Source: Spirogloea muscicola (taxonomy: Eukaryota). From it: a DNA stretch of 64,000 nt. The notes under the pieces are model-generated. The model was not told the origin of the DNA and made no database searches. It saw nothing but the letters and a program-made list of their open reading frames with translations. Of the stretch, positions 24,196 through 36,874 are shown piece by piece; position 1 is the first letter of the stretch, and each line of letters begins with the position of its first letter. Made by a program: the position numbers and the translations under genes. The stretch lies in NCBI GenBank assembly GCA_009602725.1, contig WELB01000018.1:352524-416523 (forward strand), given 5' to 3'.

Positions 24196-26478
24196 ATGGA
24201 CGCCGCGGCCGCCGCCGGCCCCGCCGCCGCCGCCAGCGGCCGCAACTTCGCGGGGCACGACCTCAACGTGCCGTACCACGCCGGCGCCGGCGCCATCGCT
24301 GCGGTCAGCGGGGCAGCCCTTTCTCAGCGACCGCAGTGACCATTGACGCCATGCGCTGAGTCGCCGACGCCATGGCTCGCGGCGCCCTGCGGCAGTCCGC
24401 CATTGGCAATGCGCAATTTTTGCAGGCTGCTGGGTGGTCGAGTGCCGCTCTCTCAGATGGGTTGTCGCCGCTTTCCTGGCCTTGGCCTCAGCTGGGCGGT
24501 GGCGGCGGTGGCGGAGGCGGCGCCGGCGGCGCCGGCGGCGTCAAGCGGGAGCCGGTAGTGTATCAGTACGCGCTCGACGACGACGACGACGTCGACGACG
24601 GCCGGCGCGCAGCCGTGAAGCGCGATGGCCGCCCGGAGCCTTTCATGGTGAGGGGCGCCTGCCCGCCTCGCCGGCTCGCAGCACCATGTCACTGCCGCTG
24701 TCGCTGCTCTGCCAGCAGGAGCATGGCGCGGCCCGTCGTGGCCCCGTCCATGACTCTGTGTTCGCCTTGCTGCGTCTGCAGCGGCCGGCCAGTTGGGCCA
24801 CACAGTCTGGGGGGCGAGAAGGTACTCCCTCAGCAAAGACGGGGTCACAGACTTCCATGTGCTTTCTGTCTCTCTCTGTGTCCTGTGGCAATGCCGATTG
24901 CACGTCACTGCTTTGCTGGCGGGGTGTGCTCCTGCAGTCGTCTGAAGCCTCTTGGCTGGTTGGGCGGCTCGGCAGGTCACAGAGTGACGACAGATTGCGG
25001 CGCGGCGGCGACTGCGGCCAACGGGGTCACGCAGGTGGGTGCCGTCCACAAGAGCTGCACACAGCAGTCCGTTGTTGTGATGAGCTCGCCTCAGCGGGTC
25101 CATTCAAGTCCGCAAAAGCAGAAAGGGATTGCATGAAAATGTGCAACTTTCAGTAAATAATCGAAGCTGGGAACCTTCTCTTTGGCACATCCTAGTCTTT
25201 GTGCCATGAAACGCGGCTGTTAGCTTGTGTACCTATTGTTGAGGTGATTGTTGTGAAGCTGAATACTGCTCATTAAAACTCAAGGGCTCTGCTTGGTGGT
25301 CTGCTCCTGGCCTCAGGATCTTCTCGACTCAGCGAAGCGCAAGCGAAAGAGGGAGGGTGGGGAGGCAGCACCATCTCAGGCCGCTGCCACTGCCAACCTC
25401 TCGCGGCCCGGCTGGCAGGCGCTAGGCCAGTTGGCGTCCACCACTACAGACATCATGCGCATCAATGGCGGCACTTCCGACGAGCCACCGGTGGACGAAG
25501 AGTATGACGAGGTACTAGGACGCTCTTTTGCTCAGCATGGACAACACTGGACTTTTGCTTTATGTTGCTTGTAACCAGACTTAATAAAAGCTTGGTCAAT
25601 TATTTGACTATATTGATCATCTCATCAAAGTCCGCCGGGGTGTTTCTGACAGGGACCCGATGAGGACTACAACGAGCCCGAACCAGAAGAAAGTATGCAC
25701 GTGCACAGCCATTCTCTCAATTTGCCAAAAAGCTCATAACTGGAACTACGGCAGGGTGAGGTGCAAAGAAAGCTGATTGCCGTATATCTCCCTTGCTGAG
25801 ACTACCACTTTGGGCCTGGTCTCTGCAGACGCTCCTGAAGAAGTAGCAGTTGCCGCAGACGGCGGCAGCAGCGGAGTAGTTGAGGCGTCTGACGACTCGG
25901 AGCCGCCGCTAGGGGAGGATGACGACGAGGACGACCTGGAGGATGGGCCAGAGGGCGAGGAGGAGCCGACAACTGACCACCTGGTTTTGGCGCAATTTGA
26001 CAAGGTCCGCATGGTCAATGCCTTGCATGCTGGCCAAGAGTAGCACCAGGCAATCTGGATAATCAACTTGAGCAACTAGTGGAGCTGACTTGGTGCTGCA
26101 ATGCACAGGTGTCAAGAGCCAAAAATAAGTGGAGATGCACCCTCAAGGACGGCGTCATGAACCTCAATGGCAAAGATATCTTGTTTGTCAAGGTAAGAGG
26201 CAAGGCCCTTATTGTGCATATCATTGTACGTCATAGGTGCTGCCACTGCGATGAGTAGCCAATGAAGGCATGTGGGCACTGTAGTGTGCCGCATTGGCAC
26301 AAAAGAAGCTAGGTAGCCAAGCACCAGATGCCTACAGGATCTGCACAGGATCTGCGAGTACCTGTCAGTGCCACTTGCAGGTCCGGCACAGTATGTGACG
26401 ATCTATACCACATCACATTCGGGCTGGTCTCTTATGTTGAGCACTACTCTTCAGGCCCAGGGAGAATTCGAGTTTTGA
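24196..26478 (+). CDS. TFIIA large subunit-like copy 2 (linker plus beta domain only), reading frame intact
   Basis: In-phase exons: HDLNVPY / DGRPEPFM / VTQ|DLLDSAKRKRK / GPDEDYNEP / acidic tract HLVLAQFDK|VSRAKNKWRCTLKDGVMNLNGKDILFVK|AQGEFEF*. Confidence 0.85.
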
Positions 26479-27546
26479 GCAGCCTGGTGGCGAGCAAGCA
26501 AGTGCATCTCCTCTCACCGGCACAACATTCTTTAGGCCTCTGCTGGCCACACTGCACATTTGTTGGCCACCTGAACCTCTTCCGGCCTTCTCTCCACCCG
26601 CTGTTGGCCCTTCTAGCCTTCCCGTGTTCCTCCTGGACTACCAGCTCTGCTGCGGCACCGGCCCAGCAGCGTCAGGAGCTTGTGGTGATCACCTTGAAGG
26701 GCGCATTGCTCAGACAACAGGCTGCAATTGAGATTTCTTGTGTTCACAGAGTGCCTCTGGCTATATCGCTGCACTTGAGATTTCTTTGTTCACAGAGTGC
26801 CTCTAGCTATATCGCTTTCTGGTAGTATTGAGACAACAGCCAGAGGCCTCGCTGGCTGTGGCCTGCCAGGCCTCCGGGCGACTCTGCAATGATCTGTGGA
26901 CCAATGAGTGATCCACATAAATTTTATCAAAATTGCTACGCACCTCCTTATGGGCCGGCCCATCGAGCTGCCATTGCCCAATGATGCCGTGGCTCGTCAG
27001 AGTGGGCGTCCGTCCTATAAACAACGCCGAGTTTGGCGTGGTTCTGCCTGCACGCCAGCCTGTGTCGCTTGATCCCACAACTGCGAGGTGTTATCCCAGT
27101 AGTTGCTGCTGGACATGCCCTGCCATCCTGCAAAAGTGTCAATGTGAGCAGGGGGAGAGAGTGCGGGGTTGGGGTGTGAGGGGGGGCGCCTGCAGCAATA
27201 CAGAGACTCCTGGCAGCCAGACGCCGTCCAGCGAATGTCCTTGGCCATAGCCGCCAGGCTCGCAGTCTCCTGTAGTGAAGTGCACCGTCCGTGTCAAGAG
27301 ATTGCAAATTTCAAAGTTGGGGTGTGATACCTCATGGTCAGGTCCTGCTGAAATCTCTGGGCAGCTACTGCGCTTCTGCTCCTCGCGGCTGGACTCCTGA
27401 GCTAGGACTTGAGATATTCCTCGGGCCGGCTGCTCCTCCTCTTGCCGGGCTGCTTGGGTCCTGCACACTGGCAGGGCCAGCGCTCGAGGCCAGCAGCACG
27501 GGCTTGTGCCATGTTCGCAGGCAAGCCGAGGGCTTGTGGGAGGTCC

Positions 27547-28179
27547 TCAAGTGCGCTTCTGCTTGGGTCTTTCTGCTGCGAAGCCGTTAGACTTTGGGCC
27601 TTCCTTCTTTTGCTTACTCCGCTTCTGCTTCTCCTTCTCCACTTTCACTGTCAGTGCGGCAGGTGTGCTGCCTGCTGTTGATTGCCCTGGCAGCTGCCGC
27701 ACCTCAGGCGACCTCTTCTCCCACTCCTCCGACCTCTTTGGCCGCTTCTTCCCTTTCACCTTGACGTCTGCCGTCGTGGGCAGCCCCTCCTTCCCATGTC
27801 CTTCCCGTCCCTCAGGTCCGTTCGCGGCTGCAGCCTCCAGCTCCTGACTTCTGCGCTTCTTCACCTTCTCCCGCGGCACTGCTGGTGGGTCTGCCCTCTC
27901 CGCCCTCTTCTTGCTCTTGCTCTTACTCGCCGCCGACGCCACTGGCTCCTCCAACGCCTTAGCAAGCGGCATTGCGGCGCCGCAAACGCCACTGTCGCCG
28001 CCGCTGGCGACGGCGCGCATGGCCGCGGACATGGTGGCGAGGTGGGCGCGCACGCCGGCGGCCTCCAGCAGCGCGGCGTCCGCGCGCGCCAGGAAGGCGG
28101 CGAGGTAGTCCGCGGCGTCGGCGAAGGTGCAGTCGCGGCGCGCCAGCACGGCCCCGCGCACGCGGAAGCTCTGCGCCAT
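27547..28179 (-). CDS. Protein with small N-terminal helical domain and Lys/Glu-rich tail (nucleolar-like); 3' end uncertain
   Basis: ORF with GCCATGG start context, divergent from SEC10; MAQSFRVRGAVLARRDCTFADAADYLAAFL followed by many KK clusters. Confidence 0.6.
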   Translation of the reverse strand: MAQSFRVRGAVLARRDCTFADAADYLAAFLARADAALLEAAGVRAHLATMSAAMRAVASGGDSGVCGAAMPLAKALEEPVASAASKSKSKKRAERADPPAVPREKVKKRRSQELEAAAANGPEGREGHGKEGLPTTADVKVKGKKRPKRSEEWEKRSPEVRQLPGQSTAGSTPAALTVKVEKEKQKRSKQKKEGPKSNGFAAERPKQKRT

Positions 28180-28391
28180 GGCGTCCACAGCTGTGCCGGC
28201 GCGCCACTGGGGTCCCGCGGCTCGAACCCTGAACCCCTGAAATGATAAGTGGCCCTGGCAAACAGTAACGCAGTAAGTGACTATGGCTAATTTAACCTAA
28301 CCCTCCCTAACCTAACCTGACCCGAAAGCCCACCACCTCGCCCTCGGACCGCGCGGAGCGGCGGGGAACGCGGCGGGGAGGGCGGCGCACG

Positions 28392-31300
28392 ATGCGCGAC
28401 TTCCTGCACGCGCAGCAGCCGCCGCCGCCGCCGCGCGGCCGCGTCGCCNNNNNNNNNNNNNNNNNNNNNNNNNNNNNNNNNNNNNNNNNNNNNNNNNNNN
28501 NNNNNNNNNNNNNNNNNNNNNNNNNNNNNNNNNNNNNNNNNNNNNNNNNNNNNNNNNNNNNNNNNNNNNNNNNNNNNNNNNNNNNNNNNNNNNNNNNNNN
28601 NNNNNNNNNNNNNNNNNNNNNNNNNNNNNNNNNNNNNNNNGGCGGCGGCGGCGCCGCCGGCGGCTGGGCCGGCCCGCCGGGCCCGTCCTTCGCCGAGGTC
28701 GAGCGCCTGCTCCCCGTCTTCAGGGACGTCCGGCGCGACTTGCTGCGCATCGGCGAGCAGGTGAGAGCCGCGTCAGCCTCAGAGGGACCAGTCCTGGTCG
28801 TGGCGAGTGAACGAACGTCGCCGGCCCACTATTCGGGCCGAGCAGGCCGGTAGTGGCCTGCAGCAGACGGCGGCCGCAGCGGCGGCACACAATGCCGGCG
28901 TCGTAACCAGACGGCCGAAGGGCTTTCCAGTCTACACAAACCACAACCGCATCTGGCCATCCGTCGCCCTCAAAACCTAGAATGCGACAGACAGGAGCAC
29001 TGGGGTCCGCGGGGCCGAATGTGAGCGCCGACTGATGCCTGAGCGCTTGACCTGTTGGCCTGCTGTCGAGGCGACGCGCGGGGCGCCTCTCCACCAGAAG
29101 TTGGGTGGCAGGTCTTGCGCAGAGTGACGCTCACGGCTGGCGACGCGGCACATGGCACATGCAGGTGGACCACAGCCTGTCGAAGCTGCAGAGCGAGGTG
29201 TCGGCGCAGGACTACGAGCACAAGAAGACGCTGACTGAGGTGCCCGTCCACGCTTTGTCGCGCCCTTTGCCAGACTCCCGGCGTGTTTGCTGCTATGCCC
29301 ACTCTTCATCTCCAATTCTTTACTGGCAGTACGTGGATTTGTGAGAATGTGTGCAGCTCGAAAAGGGCGTGGACGTCCTCTTTCACAGCTTTGGACGCCT
29401 GGACACGCGCATCTCTGGGGTCAGCCAAACAGCTGCCCGCATTGGGGATCACTTGCAGGTGCAATGCTGTACCGTATGATGTGCAACAAGTCTCCAAACA
29501 AGGGAATGCTAGTCATTTGCTCAAGAATGAGCTCGGCCTGCAGAGGTATTTCAAGCAAGAAGTGCTTGCGTGCAAGGAGCCTGCACTGAGGCTTGACAAG
29601 CAGATTGCTAAAGTATGGGTCTGAATCGATGTTCCAGAGTGCTGATTCTGAGAGGGAGGCAGCATGCCAGCTGATAGAGTCCATCAAGGTACGCCACTGG
29701 TGTGACTGGCACTTCTCTTCGAGCAGGGAGCTTCCTCTTCAGTGGCAGCTCGCACGCAGATCACAATGTGTTATTCTGCTCCTGCCCTGTCGGCGACCTC
29801 TGCTTTGATATTGCCACTAGGATGCCATTCTTCTGCATGACTTGCGTACCAATAATTCCTGCACACGCTACACTTGGCACTGCGCTTTGTCTCAGTATCT
29901 CATGGACTTCAACAACAGCCCTGGCGACCTCCTCCGGCTGGCCCCAGTATTTTCTGACGACAAGCGAGTTGCAGAGGCGGCAGCACTTGCTCAAAAACTC
30001 AGTACTTCGCCATGCGCCTCCAGCCCTTGGACTGGTGCATGTCATATCAGCTGCCTTTTCTCAAGCTGCAGCTTTGGGATGCACACTTAGATTGGGTGTC
30101 ATTCTTCATCCAGGATCTTTTGCCGAAGAGGATTCAACAAGTCTACGGCTGGCTGGGGAAGGGCGAGTGAAAGGTGTTGCAGTCGCCAGCCCAGGCTTGG
30201 AAGTTGCAGTTGGAAACTTGCAGGACTACTGCAACGGTAAGCTATGTTGCTAGTCGATGTGGTCTGTACCGTGTCTGACAAGATTCTTTTCTTGCAAGAA
30301 GGGTCCTGCTTGCATCCCCTTGCACTCCTGAATTAGCAATCACAGTCAGTGTCAAGAGGCTCATGATAAGTATTCACGGCAACCTGCAGAGTTGGAGAAC
30401 CGGTTGCTTGCGAAGTTTGATGCTGCCTCACAGAGGCGGGAATTGGCCACAATGGCACAGTGTGCCAAGATCCTAAATCAGGTCGGCCAGCTGTCTCTGA
30501 CATGAGCAGGCATCATGGAGAAGTGCTCATAGTGTCTGCTATGGCGAATTCATTCACCTTGCACTCACTGTGCACACTGCAATGCAGCTCACTTTGGGTG
30601 CAACAGCGTCCAGGTTCACTGGGTTTTGAGTTAAGATTTACTTGCATTCTTTCTGAAGTGCAGTTCAATAGAGGAACCAGTGCTATGCATAGATATGTAG
30701 CTTCCAGGCCGATGTTCATGGACTTTGACATCGTCAACAGTGACTATCGAATGGCCATTGGAGATACAGTAGGAGCGGCAAATGCTGGCTTTCACAATCC
30801 TGCCAGGGGCTTGTCAACCTTGTACAAAGAGATTGTAGGTGAGCAGAAATATTGGGTCATCTTGACCACAGAAGTTGGTGAAGAGGTGTTCAGGACAGGG
30901 TTCCTTGTTTGGGTTTCCTTGTACTCCATTTTGTTAGTAGGATAACTCATAAGCTCTCAAAGCTTCTGATGTTTGTGCAGATACGGTGAAAAAGGAAGCA
31001 ACTACAGTTGCTGCAGTATTCCCATCACCAGATATTGTCATGTCCCTGCTCGTCTCACGTATTCTGGAGCAGAGAATATACAATGTCTTGGACAAAATGC
31101 TCCCTGACTACCAACAGCAGGAGGCGGAGAGCTTTGATTTCCTGACAGTGAGTACCAAAGCTAGTGCCCTTGCTGTGAATCCATTGAGTGGCACTGAGGA
31201 GGATCTCATGCATTGAGTTAGTGCGGTGGTCAAGAAGCAATACGTCACATGCATTTTGAACGTCTACTTGATGGGGTTTGGTTAGATTGGAATGAGTTGC

Positions 31301-34300
31301 AATGGGTTGGGCTGGATTGTATTGGATTTCATTACCTTCACGTAGAGTGGTTCGTACTGAGTAGTGTTACTGAATGTGTCACGCTGTCGGTACGACGGGT
31401 AGAAAATGTTGTGGCGAGCAACAGCATGCAAGCTCCCTGGCATGACTGGTGTTATGTTGTATTTCTGTTATGCAGTACCTGCGAACACTTGCAGCTGCTT
31501 ATGAGAGGACTCAGGAGTTGGCTAGGGAGCTGAACAGCCTTGGATGCGGCGAGCTGGACGTAGAAGGTCCTTACTTGCGTGCCCTCATGATTTGATTTTG
31601 TGGTACATTGGTAGAAAGTAGATAACTGACATGGCCAAGGGAGGCTCTCGTTCGACATGTGAAGGTCTTGCCGAGTCCTTATTCTCAAGCCACCTGAAGA
31701 CCTATCATCAACGAGAACTCAACTCCTTGCAGCAGCTGTTTGATTTGAAGGTATGAGGCCATGTACTACCTTATTGCCGACCAGGCTGTCATGAACGTGC
31801 CAGCATGTATTCACTTTGTAAGCAGTAGTCAATATTGCACAAGGGTTTGATTGGACCACTAGTTGACGTTGTTGTAAGGTCCTCTTGTACAATCGTGCTA
31901 CTGTGAAAGCAGAACATGGAACTGAAGGCCGAAGCGCTGCACGGCGGAAGCCTGATCAGGGGAGCCAGGGCAAGGGGCGGCCTAGGCCCTGCGGGCCTGA
32001 GCTCGGGAGCGCAGCCCGCTCTGTCGGTGGGAGTTGTGAGCGAGTTTGTGAGGTGGAACGAGGAGGCTGTTGCAAGGAGCCTACTGCTCATACACGAGGT
32101 TGATGCCCCCCCTTAGGGTCATCCAGGCAGGAGCCATGGCAGCACATTGAGCAAGCGCTGTAGTCTGCTATCACGTTGAAACGTGAAGGCTATCAGCATC
32201 ACCCACCTTGAGACTTGCCTTGAGGCATGATGCTGGTGACTGTATTTGACCACCAGCCTTACACTTATCTGTTTGTACAGCCTACTGCCCTGGCAGACAG
32301 TGTAGAGATAGTCTTTGGCACACTCCTTGATCAGGTGAGGACTGCTGCCTTTGCAGTGCTTGGATGTACCTCACACTCACTGGACTGCCCTTGTGAAAGT
32401 CATAGAATCAGACTGATGCAGCTCCGTGAAGGCATTTGCTGCATGAAGAGTCCTAGCTACCAACTATTTTACTGCTTGAATATGGTGTAATGATGTGCAA
32501 ACTGCGTGGCCTTTCTTGCAGTGAGCCTGGCAGGGGTCTTGCTTCGCCCTGTCTCACTTACTGACAGAATGTGGCTTTCCCTCCTCAAGCTTAGGTGAGG
32601 GAGTACACTACGGCTGGCCTGCAGGCTGCTGAACAAGAGCTTCACCAAGCAGCAATCCAGAGGGACAAGTTTACTCTGGGGACGAGCGTCAGTTGGCGCG
32701 TGCAGGCAGCAGCTATTGCCGCGGTAATGCCCGTACTTGCTTGCCACTAAGTGACAATTGAGTGCTCACTCAGTTCGAGGCAGGAGTACTAATAGTGCAC
32801 CTTGTCAATGTGCGGCATGTTACCTAGGACTGGCTGGTACTCAACCCAAGTGGGGTTTTCACAGCTTGAGACACTTGCCTGTCTTGAGCTGAGCATGGGT
32901 GTCTTGACAGGCGAGAATGCGCTGCTGATACACGTATTATTTGCAGTGGGTCCCAGGCTCGGAGGGACTTCATATACTTACTCGTGCTTCCAGTCATATA
33001 TGACTCTGTTAGTAGCATGACTGATCTGCTCTGTCCATGTTTTGTGTAATAGGCTGAAGGTGCTGCAGCGGCTGGAGAGAATAGTGTTCGAGCATTCATG
33101 ATGGCCGTCCACCGAGCCACTACCATCGTGAGCATGGTACAGCAGGTTGGTTGTTCTGCTCTTGCAACATGTCGTTGAGGGGACCTTGCTTTGCTTTTCG
33201 GTCAGTGGTGAATTGTCCTTACAGATTGCTTATGGTCTACTTTGCATACACAACGTTGCTGTGCATCATGAAGTCAAAGTCCATGCTTCATCTTTGCATT
33301 GATGGCAAATAACTGAAGCTCCCTGAATATTACAGTTCTGTGCAGTACTGCTATTACCACTCTGATTACCACTTGCTGAAATAAGTCAGCAAGTGGTAAG
33401 TCTCTAATACTACGTCGTCATGGGTTGCATTGACATGTTCTGATAGCATTTACATCCCTCTTTGCATGATCGTGTTCGTAAAACAGCACTTTACGAACAC
33501 GATAGCGAGGCATCTCATCGCCAAACCAGGAGCACATGCCACCTGCATTGAAGAGATGGGGCTAAGCATGGCTGATGCTGAGCAGGGTGCTCTAAGAGGC
33601 CTGCAGCTCTGTGTTGATACAATTGTTGCCGAGGTGAAAACTTCAGCCTAGCTCCATGTTCACTACAAAAAGTCCATGAGATCAGACTCACGCTGAGCTC
33701 ATCACAACAAGAGCTAGGAGATGTACACAGTTTTACCCTTCAGAATGTTACACACCTGAATCATGAATTCATGGTGCAATTTCTTGACAATTAGCCTCTC
33801 AATCTAGGGGGTTTCAGGTGGACAGACTACTACAGACTGAGCAAAAAGTGGCCGAATTCAAACCCCCTGAGGATGGGAACATACCTGATCATCGTCCCAC
33901 CAAGGCCTGCTCAGCGTCAGTAGACAAGCCGTGCTGGATTGCTTCTTTTGGTGCAGTGACTTGTCGGGTTTCTGCATAGCAGAGTTCGGATTGACAAGCT
34001 GCTGCTGGTGCTACTACCCGCTTTTTCTGATCTTGTGATGTGATGGATTGTTGTTCCTTGAGCTCTTTGAGGTATCGACAGATCTCGTTGCTGTGAGAGT
34101 CTTGTCATACTTTTGGTGATTGTTGTCTTCTTGTCAATGAAAATCTGGGCTGACAGATGGTCAGGTCATGTTCCACTGCAGAGTTGTTGCTTACGTGGGG
34201 AGAACTTTGGATGTTGGCCAGGGATCACTTGAGGGGCCTAACAAGCTAGCCTTCATGGCAGAAGTGGTATTGTCATTTTTGGACTTGCCATATCATACCT

Positions 34301-35565
34301 GGTTTTGTCGTACGTTCATCCAGCAGACGGCCTCCTTCATCAAAGTTTTTGTCGTCCGAGTGAATGTCTGTAGATGAAGCCAGGACTCTCTCTTCGTTGC
34401 TAATATCATGATATTGCTGTTTGTTTTCTTAGCTTGTGCATGAAGCTGAGTGTCTCCACCTCTTTGCCTTCTGTCCTGCATTTCAGGGTGATCGATTACA
34501 CAAATGTATCATCGCACATATCCAGCGATTTACATTCAGCCCAAGGTACATCTCCTGTCTTGACTGTTGACAAGTGGTAAATATGAGCATGCCTGCGCAC
34601 CTCCAGTAACTGATGATGTCAAGGGTGTGAGAGGATACTGTGCTGCTTGATGAGGATCAATATTTGCTAGCGATTCCCAACTTCAGATAGGATCTCTGGA
34701 AGTGCACTTAACATTGTGCTATGAAAGAGGTTTGCAACTATGGCACATGTATGTCCTATCCTTCAGCATCAGTGCTTGCTCTTTCTGCAGTGGAGGTTTG
34801 AGACTGAAGAGAGATGTGACAGAGTACACGGAGCTTGTGCGGTCATTCAAGGCCCCCCAAATTGACGAGAAGTTTGAAACCCTTGGCCAGTACGTACTAT
34901 TTTCACTTGGTCTTATGTATCTCCATTTATCTCCTTGTGGGCATCTTACCTTGCAAATCACAATCAACATATGAAGAATGATCCTTCAAAGGCAAGCACA
35001 GTAGGTCTAAGTCCTAACAGGAGCACCTGCTGCTATTTTTGTCCAAGAGTACCCACGTTGATATCATCAAGGAGTAGCCACGTAAAGCCTGGCAGACTCT
35101 CTGCTTGGTCTGGTTGTGACTACCTACAGCAGATGTCTAGAGTCCTTCCCTTTGCTGCTCTTAGGTTTGGTGACCAAGCACGTTCTGGTGCTTTACTAAT
35201 AGATCACATAAGAGTTGCAGGCTCGTGAACTTGTTCATCGTGGCCCCTGAAAGCTTGCCCATGCTCCTTGAAGGAAGCCGCATCGACCCTAAGGATGCTG
35301 CTCGGTAAAAGTTTTAGGAATAGTTAGTGATTCCTTAACGATGATGGCTCTTTTGTTCCCCATATATATTTCGCCTCAGGTAATGTCATTGCTGCATATT
35401 GTTGGTATTGTATGTCTCAGATTGCAGGAATGTGTTACTTGTCGCCCTTGCTTGCCTCAGCTCTTTGAGACTACCAATCTTATTTTGTGCAGGTATATGC
35501 CACTCAGGGAGGACTACAAAAGTGCCAAAATTGCGAATCTATTTGCAGCCTTAATTGCTGAATAA
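28392..35565 (+). CDS. SEC10: Exocyst complex component SEC10 (EXOC5), more than 20 exons
   Basis: LEKGVDVLFHSFGRLDTRISGVSQTAARIGDHLQ|SADSERE, YLMDFNNSPGDL...FSDDKRVAEAAALAQKL, NLQDYCNELENRLL, HRYVASRPMF, GGLRLKRDVTEY, FIVAPESL, LREDYKSAK; all match plant SEC10. Confidence 0.96.
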
Positions 35566-36480
35566 ATGAAAAGTGGCTCATAATAGTCACTCTGTTTTCA
35601 TGCCATCTCACACTTCTGCTGCTTGCGTGGGCTGTCAGGGCATTGATGCAGTATGTAGCGTATCGAGTGATTGGCTGGCCTAAATTGCATGATGTCATGC
35701 CGAATGCTCTTCAAGCATCGATAACGTCACTTCAAGTTCATACCAAATTGTCAGCCCACAAGAACGATCGGTGCTAGTCCATCTTGAGTAACAACTAAAA
35801 TGCCCACAGTCTTCCGCTGATCAGAACATTGTCGGCTAGGGAGACGAGCAGCATACATTGTCAATGTGGCAGCAGGAGGGTACACATGAAATACTTTCAC
35901 AGCACGTGAGTATGTCGGCATACTCACGTGCCAGCACATCGTGGTCCAGCTTCTGGCCGCTCGATTTGTGGCAGGAAGCACCATCCATGCACTTAACATA
36001 TGTAGCCGCATCGAGCTCACAGAAGCTGGATGTCTGTGAGCCTAAAAGTTTGGGGCTGTAGGCATGCTGCATGTGTACAGAGTGAGACTGGAGCCCAAGG
36101 GACTGTCAGTGCTATCCTCTGCCGGTGGCTTATTCATGTCGATCTGAAAGTAAGGCTGAGCTGGTTGCCTGCATGATCTTTCATGATTCATATTTCTGTG
36201 GCGTGATTGAGCTATGGAAAACCTTTTTCTGCTCAAGTTCATATTGGAGTGCTCAACAAAACCATTTTACATCGGCCAGAAGAATGTAAACAAGGGTCAA
36301 CACCTATACGCAATGCCTACACTCGGAAAATCATGATATGCTTAAGGAGGGATCAGATCAGAAACGTCACTGTTACTACCTAAGTTTTCAACCATTGGTG
36401 GGTGCGCAACAGGAGCGGTGTGATGCGACCTCAGAACGAATGCTGGAGCCAACCGCCATGGTTGGATTGACCACTAAGTA

Positions 36481-36874
36481 CAGTAAAACCTGTCTAAGCT
36501 TATGCGGTCGGTTGGGGAGATTTGTATAACGATGCACAGGTTATAGCGATAAACAGGGTACTGCGTAACCCCTGACCCCTAGGGTGAGGGGTTAGGGGTA
36601 GGGTTAAGGGTTAGGGGGTTAAGTGTTTAGCGTGACGTCACGTGACACAGGTCGCACGGTTGGTCGCACGGCCGTCGCACGGCCGTCGCACGACAGTCGC
36701 ACGGTCGCACGCCGTCGCACGGTATAGGTATAAGCTTATATTTGAGAAAAACATATAAAGTATGGAAGTAGAGAGGATATAAGCTTACGCCACTAAACCG
36801 ACTCGGTTGGCCAGAATTTGATAACCTTAGACGGGATATAAGCTTATGGAGGATAAGCTTAGACAGGTTTACTG
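36481..36874. mobile_element. pogo/Tc1-mariner-type MITE (Emigrant-like), 394 bp
   Basis: TA|CAGTAAAACCTGTCTAAGCTTAT ... ATAAGCTTAGACAGGTTTACTG|TA: ~23-bp TIRs with a 1-nt indel and a TA target duplication. Confidence 0.88.

Larger units (their letters stand above)
19818..27560. repeat. Tandem segmental duplication, ~3.7 kb units (19818-~23480 and 23851-~27560)
   Basis: Exons and introns are colinear between the units. The first ~350 bp appear identical; the remainder is visibly diverged. Confidence 0.95.

Noticed and set aside
26729..26820. ~47-bp local tandem duplication; similar short duplications at ~9460 and ~62065-62230
   Set aside because: Two-copy slippage-type duplications in non-coding DNA with no further structure.
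36650..36722. GTCGCACG repeats resembling a CRISPR repeat start
   Set aside because: 8-bp units with 0-4 bp gaps, no spacers, no cas genes; internal to a MITE in a eukaryote.
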